Below are positions 35,319 through 43,959 of a DNA stretch of 46,872 bases, piece by piece. The position numbers and the translations under genes are program-made. Numbering within the stretch: the first letter of the stretch is position 1; every line of letters begins with the position of its first letter. A model generated the notes under the pieces. The model saw only the letters and a list, made by a program, of their open reading frames with translations. It searched no databases and was not told where the DNA came from. Source of the DNA: Actinomycetota bacterium (GTDB lineage Bacteria; Actinomycetota; Acidimicrobiia; Acidimicrobiales; Ilumatobacteraceae). Location of the stretch: contig JBJTYE010000156.1 in the NCBI GenBank assembly GCA_046082625.1, forward strand, positions 1 through 46,872, written 5' to 3'.

Positions 35319-36689
35319 ATGACTTCCCCCTTCACCCGTCGTGAGTTCCTCAAGCGCAGCGCGTCTCTGACGATCGCCGGTGCCGCTGGGCCTTTCGCTC
35401 TCAATCTCGCCTCCATCGGCGCCGCTGCAGCGCAGACCGGCGGATATCGAGCCTTGGTCTGTTTGTTCCTCTACGGAGGGAACGACCACACCAACATGGT
35501 CGTGCCCTACGATTCGGCCTCGTACACCGAGTATCAGACTGCCCGGCCGACGATCGCGTTGGCCCGCGAGAGTCTCACGTCGCTCGGACCGGTGGCATCA
35601 CAGGGCGGACGCGAATTCGCGCTTCACCCCTCGCTCGCCGCCACTCGGCAGCTCTATCTGGACGGCAAGGCCGCCGTGGTGGCCAATGTCGGGCCCCTCA
35701 TCGTTCCGACCACGGCAGCCCAGTACCGTGCCAAGTCGGTCCCGCTCCCTCCCAAGTTGTTCTCTCACAACGACCAGCAGTCGGCGTGGCAGGCCTATGC
35801 GGCGAGCGGCGAGGGCGTTCGAACCGGCTGGGGTGGAACCATCGGCGATCAGCTGTCCGCCCAGAATTCGACCACGGCATTCACCTGTATCTCGGCCAGC
35901 GGCAATGCAGTGTGGCTGTCGGGCCGATCCATGGTCCAGTACCAAGTGAGCACCTCGGGCGCACTGACCATGAATGCCATCACGGGGACTCTCTACGGTT
36001 CGGCTGCCGCAACCACCTACTACCGGAACCTCGTGACCGCCTCCAGTACGAACCTTTTCGAGAACGAACTCGGTGTCGTCAACCGGAGATCGATCCAGAC
36101 CAATGAACTGCTTCGTTCGGGACTTCCGGCCTCGACGATCTTCACCACTCCGGTCCCTGCCAACAACTCGCTGGCCGCGCAGCTCCACGTCGTCGCTCGC
36201 ATGATCGCGGGCCAAGCCGCTCTCGGAACGTCGCGTCAGGTGTTCCTGGTCAGCCTTGGTGGATTCGACCACCACGATGATTTGCTCAACTTGCAGGCAG
36301 CGCGTCTGTCCACCATCGATGGAGCGGTCTCGGCGTTCTGGTCGTGGCTCGGCGAGATCAACCGTCAGAACGACGTCACACTCTTCACTGCCAGCGACTT
36401 CGGCCGGACGTTGACCAGTAACGGCGATGGATCCGACCATGGCTGGGGTTCCCACCAAATCGTGCTCGGCGGTGGAGTCGCCGGCGGCACCATCCTTGGC
36501 GACTTCCCTCCGACTGCGTATGGAACCGCTTGCGACGTGGGTCAAGGCAACCTCGTGCCAACCATCTCGGTCGACCAATACGCCGCCACTCTCGCTCAGT
36601 GGCTCGGCGTCGATGACGGCAACATGGCCACGGTCCTGCCGAACATCGGCAACTTCGACACTCGGTACTTGCCCCTGTACTCCGCCTGA
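35319..36689 (+). CDS. DUF1501 domain-containing protein (sulfatase-like fold), Tat-exported
   Basis: Consensus twin-arginine signal MTSPFTRREFLKRSASLTIAGAA...AAAQ. Also GGNDHTNMVVP and SDFGRTLTSNGDGSDHGWG; 456 aa. Confidence 0.78.
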   Translation: MTSPFTRREFLKRSASLTIAGAAGPFALNLASIGAAAAQTGGYRALVCLFLYGGNDHTNMVVPYDSASYTEYQTARPTIALARESLTSLGPVASQGGREFALHPSLAATRQLYLDGKAAVVANVGPLIVPTTAAQYRAKSVPLPPKLFSHNDQQSAWQAYAASGEGVRTGWGGTIGDQLSAQNSTTAFTCISASGNAVWLSGRSMVQYQVSTSGALTMNAITGTLYGSAAATTYYRNLVTASSTNLFENELGVVNRRSIQTNELLRSGLPASTIFTTPVPANNSLAAQLHVVARMIAGQAALGTSRQVFLVSLGGFDHHDDLLNLQAARLSTIDGAVSAFWSWLGEINRQNDVTLFTASDFGRTLTSNGDGSDHGWGSHQIVLGGGVAGGTILGDFPPTAYGTACDVGQGNLVPTISVDQYAATLAQWLGVDDGNMATVLPNIGNFDTRYLPLYSA

Positions 36690-36707
36690 GTTCGCGAAGA
36701 CGAACTC
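36688..36707. terminator. Hairpin between convergent genes (possible bidirectional terminator)
   Basis: GAGTTCG-cgaaga-CGAACTC: 7-bp stem, 6-nt loop. It fills the 21-nt gap between the DUF1501 stop (36689) and the SDR stop (36711). No U-tract on either strand. Confidence 0.3.
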
Positions 36708-36710
36708 GCG

Positions 36711-37577
36711 TCAGCGGCAGATCGTTGCGCCGTCGACCACCAGTGACTCGCCACACACGAAACTGGCGCGATCACTGGACAGCCATACGGCGGCTTCGGC
36801 GATCTCGGCCGGATCTCCGAGTTGTCCGCGACCGATGCCGCGGCTGACCATCTTCTCGATGTTCGGGTCGCCGTTGATGAAGTTCTCGATCATCGGGGTG
36901 CGCGTGGTCCCAGGAAGGATGGCGTTCACCCTCACCCCTTTGGCGGCGTACTCCTGGGCCGCGCACTTGGTGAGTCCGAGGACTCCGTGCTTGGCGGCCG
37001 TGTAGTGGGGAAGACCGGGAGCGGCCACCACTCCGGCCCCCGACGAGATGTTGACGATCGATCCGAATCCCTGGGCGGCCATCACACCGAGTTCGTACTT
37101 GAGGCACAGAAAGACGCTGGTGAGGTTCACGTCGATCATGGTCTTCCACTCCGAGAGCGGGAGATCGATGAAGGAACCGAAGCGCCCGCTGATCCCGGCG
37201 TTGTTCACGGCGCAGTCCAGACGGCCGTACCAGTCGATGGCCGTGCGGACGCAGGCGTCCACGTCGGACTCCTTGGTGACATCGGCCGCCACGGCGATGG
37301 CCTCGCCGCCCTTTTCCTGGATGGCCTGGACCACGGCCTGGGCTGATGACATGTCGATGTCGCAGACGACCACGGCGGCTCCCTCGCTGGCGAAGAGTCG
37401 AGCGATGGCCTCGCCGATACCGCGTCCGGCTCCGGTGACCAGCGCCACCTTGCCCTCGGTCAATCCGAAGCGCAACGGGAAGGCAGCGCGCACCATCTCC
37501 TCGGTCTGCTCACCGGCCACCGGCCAAGGGATTCCGGACGGGGTCGGGTCGATGTTTCCTGCTGCCACATCGTTCAC
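36711..37577 (-). CDS. SDR family oxidoreductase
   Basis: KVALVTGAGRGIGEAIA, NNAG and SSGAG...YTAAKHGVLGLTK (Y-x3-K); 288 aa from GTG 37577. The ~35-aa N-terminal extension may be shorter if the start is instead the ATG giving MVRAAF. Confidence 0.88.
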   Translation of the reverse strand: MNDVAAGNIDPTPSGIPWPVAGEQTEEMVRAAFPLRFGLTEGKVALVTGAGRGIGEAIARLFASEGAAVVVCDIDMSSAQAVVQAIQEKGGEAIAVAADVTKESDVDACVRTAIDWYGRLDCAVNNAGISGRFGSFIDLPLSEWKTMIDVNLTSVFLCLKYELGVMAAQGFGSIVNISSGAGVVAAPGLPHYTAAKHGVLGLTKCAAQEYAAKGVRVNAILPGTTRTPMIENFINGDPNIEKMVSRGIGRGQLGDPAEIAEAAVWLSSDRASFVCGESLVVDGATICR

Positions 37578-37680
37578 CGTAGTGTCTGGCCGCCGACGAA
37601 AAGCGTCATTGGTTCCGGTGAGACGTGTGACGATCGCTCTGATGGATGGCGACGCGTGACCGGCCGTCTACGGTGGCATC

Positions 37681-38145
37681 ATGAACGCCGCGGCCGACGC
37701 AACGGCTCTGTCGAATCTGTTGCACCGCTACGCCGAACTGGTCGACGGCGGCGACTTCGACGGTGTCGGAGCGCTCTTCGAGAGGGCTCGGGTGTTCATG
37801 TCCGGACCAGATGGAGAAGCGCTGTCAGGACCGGTGGCGGCTGCCATCATGCGCCGGTTCGTCCGGCTCCACGACGGCCTCCCGCGGACGCGTCACATCG
37901 TCACCAACACCGTCATCGAGGTGGATGCGGACCGTCGCACCGCCGCGACGCGTTCGTATTACACGGTGCTGCAGATCCTGGCCGCACCGCTGATCATCGT
38001 CACCGGTCGCTATCACGACCGTTTCGCTCGCGACGGGGCGTCGGACGAGTGGTACTTCACCGAACGCATCATCCACGTGGATGCGGTCGGCGACGTTTCG
38101 GGACATCTGGTGCAGAATCTTCCGGTCACCGAGGAGAAGCGGTGA
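37681..38145 (+). CDS. SnoaL-like / NTF2-fold protein
   Basis: 154 aa. LSNLLHRYAELVDGGDFDGVGALF, then RHIVTNTVIEVD...GRYHDRFARDG..WYFTERI, typical of the SnoaL_4-like fold. Confidence 0.7.
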   Translation: MNAAADATALSNLLHRYAELVDGGDFDGVGALFERARVFMSGPDGEALSGPVAAAIMRRFVRLHDGLPRTRHIVTNTVIEVDADRRTAATRSYYTVLQILAAPLIIVTGRYHDRFARDGASDEWYFTERIIHVDAVGDVSGHLVQNLPVTEEKR

Positions 38146-38684
38146 CTCTCTCCTTGGTCGGTCGGGGACCGTTGATCGATCGGCTCCGGGAGTCGGTGTC
38201 GGCCGACGTTCGCAGTGCCGTGATCGTGCCGGCCATCGACGGCACCGCCGTAGCCGTCCAGGATCTCGACGACGAGCGGATCCAGTTCCTCTTCGAGGAT
38301 CCGATGACCGAGGTGATCACGGCCTGTCAGCAGGCCTTCCACGATGGCTGCCGGCGGGTGGTGATCGTGGTGCCCACCACGGCCATGTCGGGCGGATCGC
38401 ACTACGCCGCCACCGCCGCCCTGGCCGAAGCGGCGCGCATCCTGGTGAAGTCGGCCGCCCGGCAGTGGGGAGCGCAGGGTGTGACGGTGAATGCCGTGGC
38501 CGTCGAACCCCGGTGGTTCGGCATCGATCCCGAGGTGGCCGGTCCGGTGTCCATCGCCGCACCGGCACTCGGTGCACCGGGGGTTCTCTTCGACCCGTCG
38601 CCGGTGGTGACCTGGTTGTGCAGCGATGCCGCCGGTACCACGACCGGGCAGACGATCGTGTGCGACGGTGGATCGTGGATGTGA
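38142..38684 (+). CDS. Truncated, catalytically degenerate SDR-like protein (pseudo-SDR)
   Basis: 180 aa from GTG 38142, a GTGA overlap with the SnoaL stop. The C half is clearly SDR (GVTVNAVAVEP...WLCSDAAGTTTGQTIVCDGGSWM). The glycine-rich motif is degenerate (LVGRGPLIDRL), and the Y-x3-K site reads HYAATA, with no Lys. Confidence 0.65.
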   Translation: MTLSLVGRGPLIDRLRESVSADVRSAVIVPAIDGTAVAVQDLDDERIQFLFEDPMTEVITACQQAFHDGCRRVVIVVPTTAMSGGSHYAATAALAEAARILVKSAARQWGAQGVTVNAVAVEPRWFGIDPEVAGPVSIAAPALGAPGVLFDPSPVVTWLCSDAAGTTTGQTIVCDGGSWM

Positions 38685-39460
38685 GCGGCCGATTGCGCGA
38701 TCGCGTGGCGATCATCACCGGTGCCGGTCAGGGAGTCGGTGAGGGTATCGCCCGCCGTTTGGCCGCCGAAGGTGCCCGCGTGGTCATCGCCGCCCGTCGC
38801 GCCGAGACCGGAGAACCAGTGGCCGAGTCGATCCGCGATTCCGGTGGCGCGGCGATCTGCATCGTCACCGACGTCGCCGACTCGGGATCCATCCAGTCCT
38901 GTGTGGATCTCACCGTGGAACGTTTCGGCGGCCTCGACATCATGGTGCACAACGCCTTCACCGGTGGTCGCCCCCATCGGTTGGAGGATGCGGATCTGGC
39001 CAAGCACTGGTCCGACATGTCGCGTACCGCGGTGTGGGCCAGCCTGATCTGCGCTCGCGCCGCCCACCCCCATCTGGTGGCGGCATCGGCCCGTCATGGT
39101 TCGGGGCGGCTCATCCTGGTGACCTCGCCGTCGGGGGTGGAGGGAAGTGCCAACATCCCGCTCTACTCGCCGGCCAAAGCGGCCCAGCGGGCCATCGCCA
39201 AGAGTCTGGCCCGGGAGTGGGGTCCCCACGGCGTGACCGTGAATTGTCTGGGACCGGTGGCCGCCAGCCCGGCTCTGGTCCGGGCCTTCGAGAAGAATCC
39301 GGCGCTGAAGGACGCGATCGAGGCCCGCACGCCGCTCGGTCGGGTCGGGGATGTCACCGCCGACATCGGATCGGTGGCTCTGTTCCTCGCCAGCGACGAT
39401 GCCGGCTTCGTCTCCGGACAGACGGTGATCTGCGACGGGGGTTCCTTCCTCGGTCTCTGA
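38681..39460 (+). CDS. SDR family oxidoreductase
   Basis: GTG 38681, a GTGA overlap with the previous stop. VAIITGAGQGVGEGIA, HNAF, SPSG...YSPAKAAQRAIAKS and SGQTVICDGGSF; 259 aa. Confidence 0.88.
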   Translation: MSGRLRDRVAIITGAGQGVGEGIARRLAAEGARVVIAARRAETGEPVAESIRDSGGAAICIVTDVADSGSIQSCVDLTVERFGGLDIMVHNAFTGGRPHRLEDADLAKHWSDMSRTAVWASLICARAAHPHLVAASARHGSGRLILVTSPSGVEGSANIPLYSPAKAAQRAIAKSLAREWGPHGVTVNCLGPVAASPALVRAFEKNPALKDAIEARTPLGRVGDVTADIGSVALFLASDDAGFVSGQTVICDGGSFLGL

Positions 39461-39567
39461 CCGCCACTTTCGGATTCGACGGCGTATGGGGAAGAATGCT
39501 CGTGCTCCTCACCGCGAGGGGTGGATCCGGACGCAGGTTCCGGACGACGACACGATTCGGGGGAACG

Positions 39568-39915
39568 ATGATCCGACTGGTCACCTTGCTCAAGCGCAAA
39601 CCGGGAATGACCCACGACGAGTTCCTCGACTACTGGTTCAACACTCACGGTCCGCTCATCGCCGGTTGTTCGGCCGCCAACTACGTACGGCGCTACGAAC
39701 AGCATCCCGCGTCATGGCCGCCGGCCGGGAGCCGTCAACCCGAACCGCCGTTCGACGGTGTGACCATCCAGGTGTTCGATTCGGTCGACGACTTCATGAA
39801 GCACATGTCGGAACCTGATTTCCCCCAGGTCATGGAGGACACCGAGAAGTTCCTCGACTCGTCGGCCCTGCACTGGATCCTGACCGACGAGCCGAATCTC
39901 GTCATCGGTTCATGA
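39568..39915 (+). CDS. EthD domain-containing protein
   Basis: In-frame ATG 39568. MIRLVTLLKRKPGMTHDEFLDYWFNTHGPL, 115 aa, the typical EthD size and N-terminus. Confidence 0.75.
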   Translation: MIRLVTLLKRKPGMTHDEFLDYWFNTHGPLIAGCSAANYVRRYEQHPASWPPAGSRQPEPPFDGVTIQVFDSVDDFMKHMSEPDFPQVMEDTEKFLDSSALHWILTDEPNLVIGS

Positions 39916-39926
39916 CCTGAGTCCAG

Positions 39927-40559
39927 GTGAACGGTGTTCCGGCCCTGATCGGGCGCCACGTGGCGCTGGAACCACTGTCGTTCCTGCACGTGGACGAGCT
40001 GGTGTCGGCGGCCGCCGAGGATCGACGGTCCTACGACTTCACCCATGTTCCGGACGGGACCGAGGAGATGACCCGTTACGTCGGGATGCTCCTCACCCAA
40101 CGCGATGCCGGACTGGTCAAGCCGTACGCCCAGCGGGAGATGGATGCGGAAGGTTCACCCGGCCGGCTGGTGGGGTGTACGCGCTTCATGGAACTCCGGC
40201 ATCCGTTCGGCCGGGGACTGCCCGGCGATCCGTATCCCGATGAAGTGGAGATCGGCGGGACTTGGCTGGCCGCTTCGGTGCAGCGCACGGCGATCAATAC
40301 CGAAGCCAAGCTGCTCATGTTGACCCAGGCCTTCGAGGTCTGGGGCGCAGGGCGCGTGGCGATCTGCACCGATGCCCGCAACGACGTGAGCCGACGCGCC
40401 ATCGAGCGACTCGGAGCGACCTATGAGGGCACTCTCCGGTCGCACCGGCCGAGTCACGTTCGCAGCGAAGGCGGAACGCTCAGGGATTCGGCGATGTACT
40501 CGATCGTCTCCCGTGAATGGCCCGCCATTCGTCAGCGACTGGTGGACTTGTTGGCCTGA
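39927..40559 (+). CDS. GNAT family N-acetyltransferase (RimJ/RimL-like)
   Basis: 210 aa. [65 protein letters not shown] is the acetyl-CoA binding core pattern. Confidence 0.8.
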   Translation: MNGVPALIGRHVALEPLSFLHVDELVSAAAEDRRSYDFTHVPDGTEEMTRYVGMLLTQRDAGLVKPYAQREMDAEGSPGRLVGCTRFMELRHPFGRGLPGDPYPDEVEIGGTWLAASVQRTAINTEAKLLMLTQAFEVWGAGRVAICTDARNDVSRRAIERLGATYEGTLRSHRPSHVRSEGGTLRDSAMYSIVSREWPAIRQRLVDLLA

Positions 40560-40615
40560 ACGCGACCCTCTACAGTCGTCTGGTCACCGGGTGCGAGAAC
40601 GATTTGGGGGACGGC

Positions 40616-41410
40616 GTGAAGAAGTATCCGATCGAACTGGGAACGCTGCTGTTCACCATGGTCGAACCCCACAAGGGTCACGAGGTGGAATACAACCGAT
40701 GGTACGAGCGGGATCACTTCTACGGCGGATGCCTGGTGGGTGCCTACACCTTCGCTGGCGATCGCTTCGTGGCCACCAGGGATCTGAAGGCCCTGCGCTA
40801 TCCGGTCGATTCACCCATGACCCCGGATCCGAGCATCGGTTCGTATCTGGCCATTTATTGGGTGCTGAAAGGACATCACGACGATTGGAACCGTTGGAGC
40901 GTCGATACGGTGAAGAACCTGCACGCCACCGGGCGCATGTTCGCCGAGCGGACCCACATCCACACCCAGCTCTACGACAACCAATGGTCGATGACCAGGA
41001 CCGAGAACACCACGAACATCGAATTGGCCCTCGACCGCAACTACCCGGGCATCGTGGTCAACGTCGGCGAATTGAACGACGGTGTCACCCATGCCGACAT
41101 GAGTCGCTGGATGCAGGAGTCCTGGGCGCCCGAGGCCTTCGCCTCATCGTGGGGTCCGGACGTCTTCAACTACGCCACCCTGCTTCCGCTGTTGGACGAC
41201 GCGCCGCCCGATGTGCCGCGGGTTCCCCGGGCCGATCAGCGCTTCTTGCAGATCCACTTCGTCGACCACGACCCGACCGCGGACTGGTCCAATGGCTACG
41301 GACGGTTCGGCGCCGATCTCGAGTCGAGCGGACTGGCCCGTCACCTCTGGACCAGCCCGTTCAAGAACACGGTGTTCGGGACCGACACGTACACCGACCA
41401 ACTGTGGTGA
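40616..41410 (+). CDS. Hypothetical protein, possibly a tandem EthD/DUF4286-like alpha+beta barrel
   Basis: In-frame GTG 40616 preceded by GGGGGA; 264 aa. The N-terminus LLFTMVEPHKGHEVEYNRWYERDHF resembles the x-E-F/Y-N-x-W-Y-x-x-x-H start of EthD/DUF4286-type domains. Nothing else recognised. Confidence 0.45.
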   Translation: MKKYPIELGTLLFTMVEPHKGHEVEYNRWYERDHFYGGCLVGAYTFAGDRFVATRDLKALRYPVDSPMTPDPSIGSYLAIYWVLKGHHDDWNRWSVDTVKNLHATGRMFAERTHIHTQLYDNQWSMTRTENTTNIELALDRNYPGIVVNVGELNDGVTHADMSRWMQESWAPEAFASSWGPDVFNYATLLPLLDDAPPDVPRVPRADQRFLQIHFVDHDPTADWSNGYGRFGADLESSGLARHLWTSPFKNTVFGTDTYTDQLW

Positions 41411-41420
41411 GATGAGGAAC

Positions 41421-42362
41421 ATGTCCGCGAACGAACCCCGCATCACCGGCCGCCGCATCCTGGTCACCGGCGTCACCGGATGGGTGGCCGGACCACTGGC
41501 CCAGTCCCTGGCCGCAGACGGCAACACCGTCTTCGGAGCGGCCCGTTTCGCCGACCCGTCGACGCGTGCACCGTGGGAGGCAGCCGGAGTCACTCCCGTC
41601 AGCATCGATCTGGAGAAGGGCCGACTCGACGAGGTGCCTCACGATCTGGACATGGTGCTGCACTTCGCCGTGGCCAAGAGCAGTTCTTTCGAGCAGGCCT
41701 TCGCCGCCAACGCCTACGGCAGTGCCGATCTCTTGGAGACCGCCGCCCAGCGGAGTTCGTCGTTGTCCTTCTTCCATTGCTCGTCGACGGCGGTGTACGA
41801 ACCCAAGGATCACGAACCTCGTCGCGAGACCGATCTTCTCGGCGACAGTCACCGGCCGATGCCCGGTATGCCGACGTACAGCATTTCCAAGATCGCCGGC
41901 GAAGTCCTGGTGACCCACACCGCCAAGCGGCTGGGAGTTCCGGCAGTCATCGCCCGACTGAACGTGCCCTACGGCGACACCTACGGCTGGATGGCCTTCC
42001 ATCTGATGATGATGGAGCGCGGAATTCCGGTTCCGGTGCACGTGAATCAGCCCACGTCCTACACGCCGATCCACGCCGAGGACATCGCCCGCAGCATTCC
42101 CTACCTTCTGGAGTTCGCCAAGGATCCGGCCGAGATCGTCAACTGGGGCGGCGATCAGATCGTGTCGATCGAGGACTGGTGCGAGGAGATGGGACGACTC
42201 ACCGGTCTCACACCCGAGTTCAATCCCACGACTGCGACCATCGCCTCGATCGTGCCCGACCTGACCAAGTTGCACGAGGCCGGCTTCGCCACCCGGATCG
42301 ACTGGCGGGACGGCATCCGCCGCCAGGTGGCCCACATGCGGCCCGATCTTCTGAAGAACTGA
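41421..42362 (+). CDS. NAD-dependent epimerase/dehydratase family protein
   Basis: In-frame ATG 41421 preceded by GAGGAA. ILVTGVTGWVAGPLAQSL (GxxGxxG) and the extended-SDR catalytic PTYSISKIAGE (Y-x3-K). Confidence 0.85.
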   Translation: MSANEPRITGRRILVTGVTGWVAGPLAQSLAADGNTVFGAARFADPSTRAPWEAAGVTPVSIDLEKGRLDEVPHDLDMVLHFAVAKSSSFEQAFAANAYGSADLLETAAQRSSSLSFFHCSSTAVYEPKDHEPRRETDLLGDSHRPMPGMPTYSISKIAGEVLVTHTAKRLGVPAVIARLNVPYGDTYGWMAFHLMMMERGIPVPVHVNQPTSYTPIHAEDIARSIPYLLEFAKDPAEIVNWGGDQIVSIEDWCEEMGRLTGLTPEFNPTTATIASIVPDLTKLHEAGFATRIDWRDGIRRQVAHMRPDLLKN

Positions 42363-42379
42363 CGTCGCTCACCGGACTC

Positions 42380-43459
42380 TCAGCGACCGAACTGGTCGTA
42401 GAGCATGGCTTTGTGCATGATGAGATCTTCGGGATCCTCGGGCATCTCGCGATTGCCGTAGGCGACTTCGCGCAGTGACGTGCGGATGGCGATGGCGGCG
42501 AAACGCAGGCTGGCGAAGTGGATGTACCAATCCAGATCGGCGATCTCCTGGCCGCCAGCGGCGACGTAAGCCTCGACCACGTCATCGGCTCGGCAGAACT
42601 CCGGAAAGCCCGGCAACTGGAAGACGTCGGCCAGCGACTGGAAGAAGCGGTGCATGAAGATCAGCCAGCCCACGTCCACTCCGGCCGGCCCGACGTTGAC
42701 CATCTCCCAGTCGAGAACGGCCGTCGGCACCAACCCGTCGACGAGCACGTTGCCGGGTCGCGCGTCCCCCCAATTGAGAACGACTCGCCCAGGATCCCGC
42801 GGTGGCGCAGCCGCCAGTCGGTCCAGAGCGTGTTCGATGATCGGCAGGCGCAGATCGCCGCGGGCCCAGTCGTAGTACGCCCTTTGTTCGGCCAGCAATC
42901 GTTCGATGGGCGGACTCGAACGATCGGGGAGGAACGACAGGTCGATCCCGTCCTCGGCGGCGATGTCGAGATCGATGGCGTGAATCCGCGCCTGCAGCCG
43001 GGCCACCACCCGAGTGAGTTCGCGCTGTTCCTCGACCGAGAACTGATCCATGTACGAGCCACCGAAGACGTACGGCGGCATGTCGGGAAGTGCTCGTCCT
43101 CCGACCCGCTTCATGACCAGGAACGGGGACCCCAGGATCGAAGCGTTGCGCTCCACGAAGAGCACATCGGGAACCGGCACGGTGCTGCATTCGGCCACCA
43201 GCGCCATGGCCTGGGCCTGGGCTGCGAGGTCGTAGATCGGGAACACCGGCCAATCCTCCATGTCCGGGGCCAGTCGCACCACGATCTGGCGCGAGGCGTG
43301 TCCGTCGTCCAAGGTCATGAGCAGCGTTTCACTGCTCATCCCGGTGCCCTCGGGGATGGCCACATCGGCGATGCGCGCCGTTGAACCGATGCGGGCGGAG
43401 AACCAGGGTTCGAGGGTGCGAGCCAGGTCCTCGGGATTGCGTTTCGACGGCAGGGGCAT
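42380..43459 (-). CDS. Phosphotransferase family protein (APH/choline-kinase-like)
   Basis: 359 aa. VVLNWGDARPGNVLVDG (catalytic loop) and AVLDWEMV (DxE/DFG-equivalent). Confidence 0.8.
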   Translation of the reverse strand: MPLPSKRNPEDLARTLEPWFSARIGSTARIADVAIPEGTGMSSETLLMTLDDGHASRQIVVRLAPDMEDWPVFPIYDLAAQAQAMALVAECSTVPVPDVLFVERNASILGSPFLVMKRVGGRALPDMPPYVFGGSYMDQFSVEEQRELTRVVARLQARIHAIDLDIAAEDGIDLSFLPDRSSPPIERLLAEQRAYYDWARGDLRLPIIEHALDRLAAAPPRDPGRVVLNWGDARPGNVLVDGLVPTAVLDWEMVNVGPAGVDVGWLIFMHRFFQSLADVFQLPGFPEFCRADDVVEAYVAAGGQEIADLDWYIHFASLRFAAIAIRTSLREVAYGNREMPEDPEDLIMHKAMLYDQFGR

Positions 43460-43460
43460 C

Positions 43461-43886
43461 TCAGGCCGGCTTCACGTAGACCAGTTGCTCGAAACGATCG
43501 TGCAAGCGCCAACCGGCGGACGTGCGTCGAACTTGATCGACGTACCACCCGCTGGCCTGCATGTAGGTGGGTGCACCACCCTCGGCGCCAGGGATACGCA
43601 TGGTCATGGTGTAGATCGAACGCACCTTGGCCGTGTCGGCGTCCACGAAGTCGATGGTGACGTTTCCGCCCGAAGAGAGCGAGACGTCGAAGCCGGCCAT
43701 CATCGTCGAGAACGTCTTGGCGGCCTCGGCCGGGGATCCGACCGGACCGCCGGCCGTCGAGTAGTCGACGTGGGCATCGGCGGTGAAGACCGCCGTCCAG
43801 GCGGTCCAATCGCGGTCGACGAGGGCCCACGAGTAGCGGGCCAGAAGATCGGCGATGAGTGCACGGTCGAGTGCTTCGTTGGTCAT
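43461..43886 (-). CDS. SnoaL-like / NTF2-fold protein
   Basis: 141 aa. IADLLARYSWALVDRDWTAWTAVFTADAHVDY...GWYVDQVRRTSAGWRLHDR. Ends 1 nt before the phosphotransferase start. Confidence 0.7.
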   Translation of the reverse strand: MTNEALDRALIADLLARYSWALVDRDWTAWTAVFTADAHVDYSTAGGPVGSPAEAAKTFSTMMAGFDVSLSSGGNVTIDFVDADTAKVRSIYTMTMRIPGAEGGAPTYMQASGWYVDQVRRTSAGWRLHDRFEQLVYVKPA

Positions 43887-43959
43887 GATTCTCCCGGTTG
43901 ATCGTCGCTGCCAGCATAAACCGCCGGGTCCGCGCCGACATCGGTGGCAGACTGGACCG

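Noticed and set aside
37574-37673. The 8-bp inverted repeat CACCGTAG ... CTACGGTG, which flanks the divergent SDR/SnoaL intergenic region next to both start codons.
   Set aside because: The arms are about 85 bp apart and only 8 bp long, and one arm overlaps coding sequence. This is too weak to call a site or a structure.
38142-38684. Whether to annotate the short SDR-like ORF as a pseudogene.
   Set aside because: The ORF is intact and sits in GTGA overlaps with both neighbours, with no internal stops or frameshifts. I kept it as a CDS and flagged it as catalytically degenerate.
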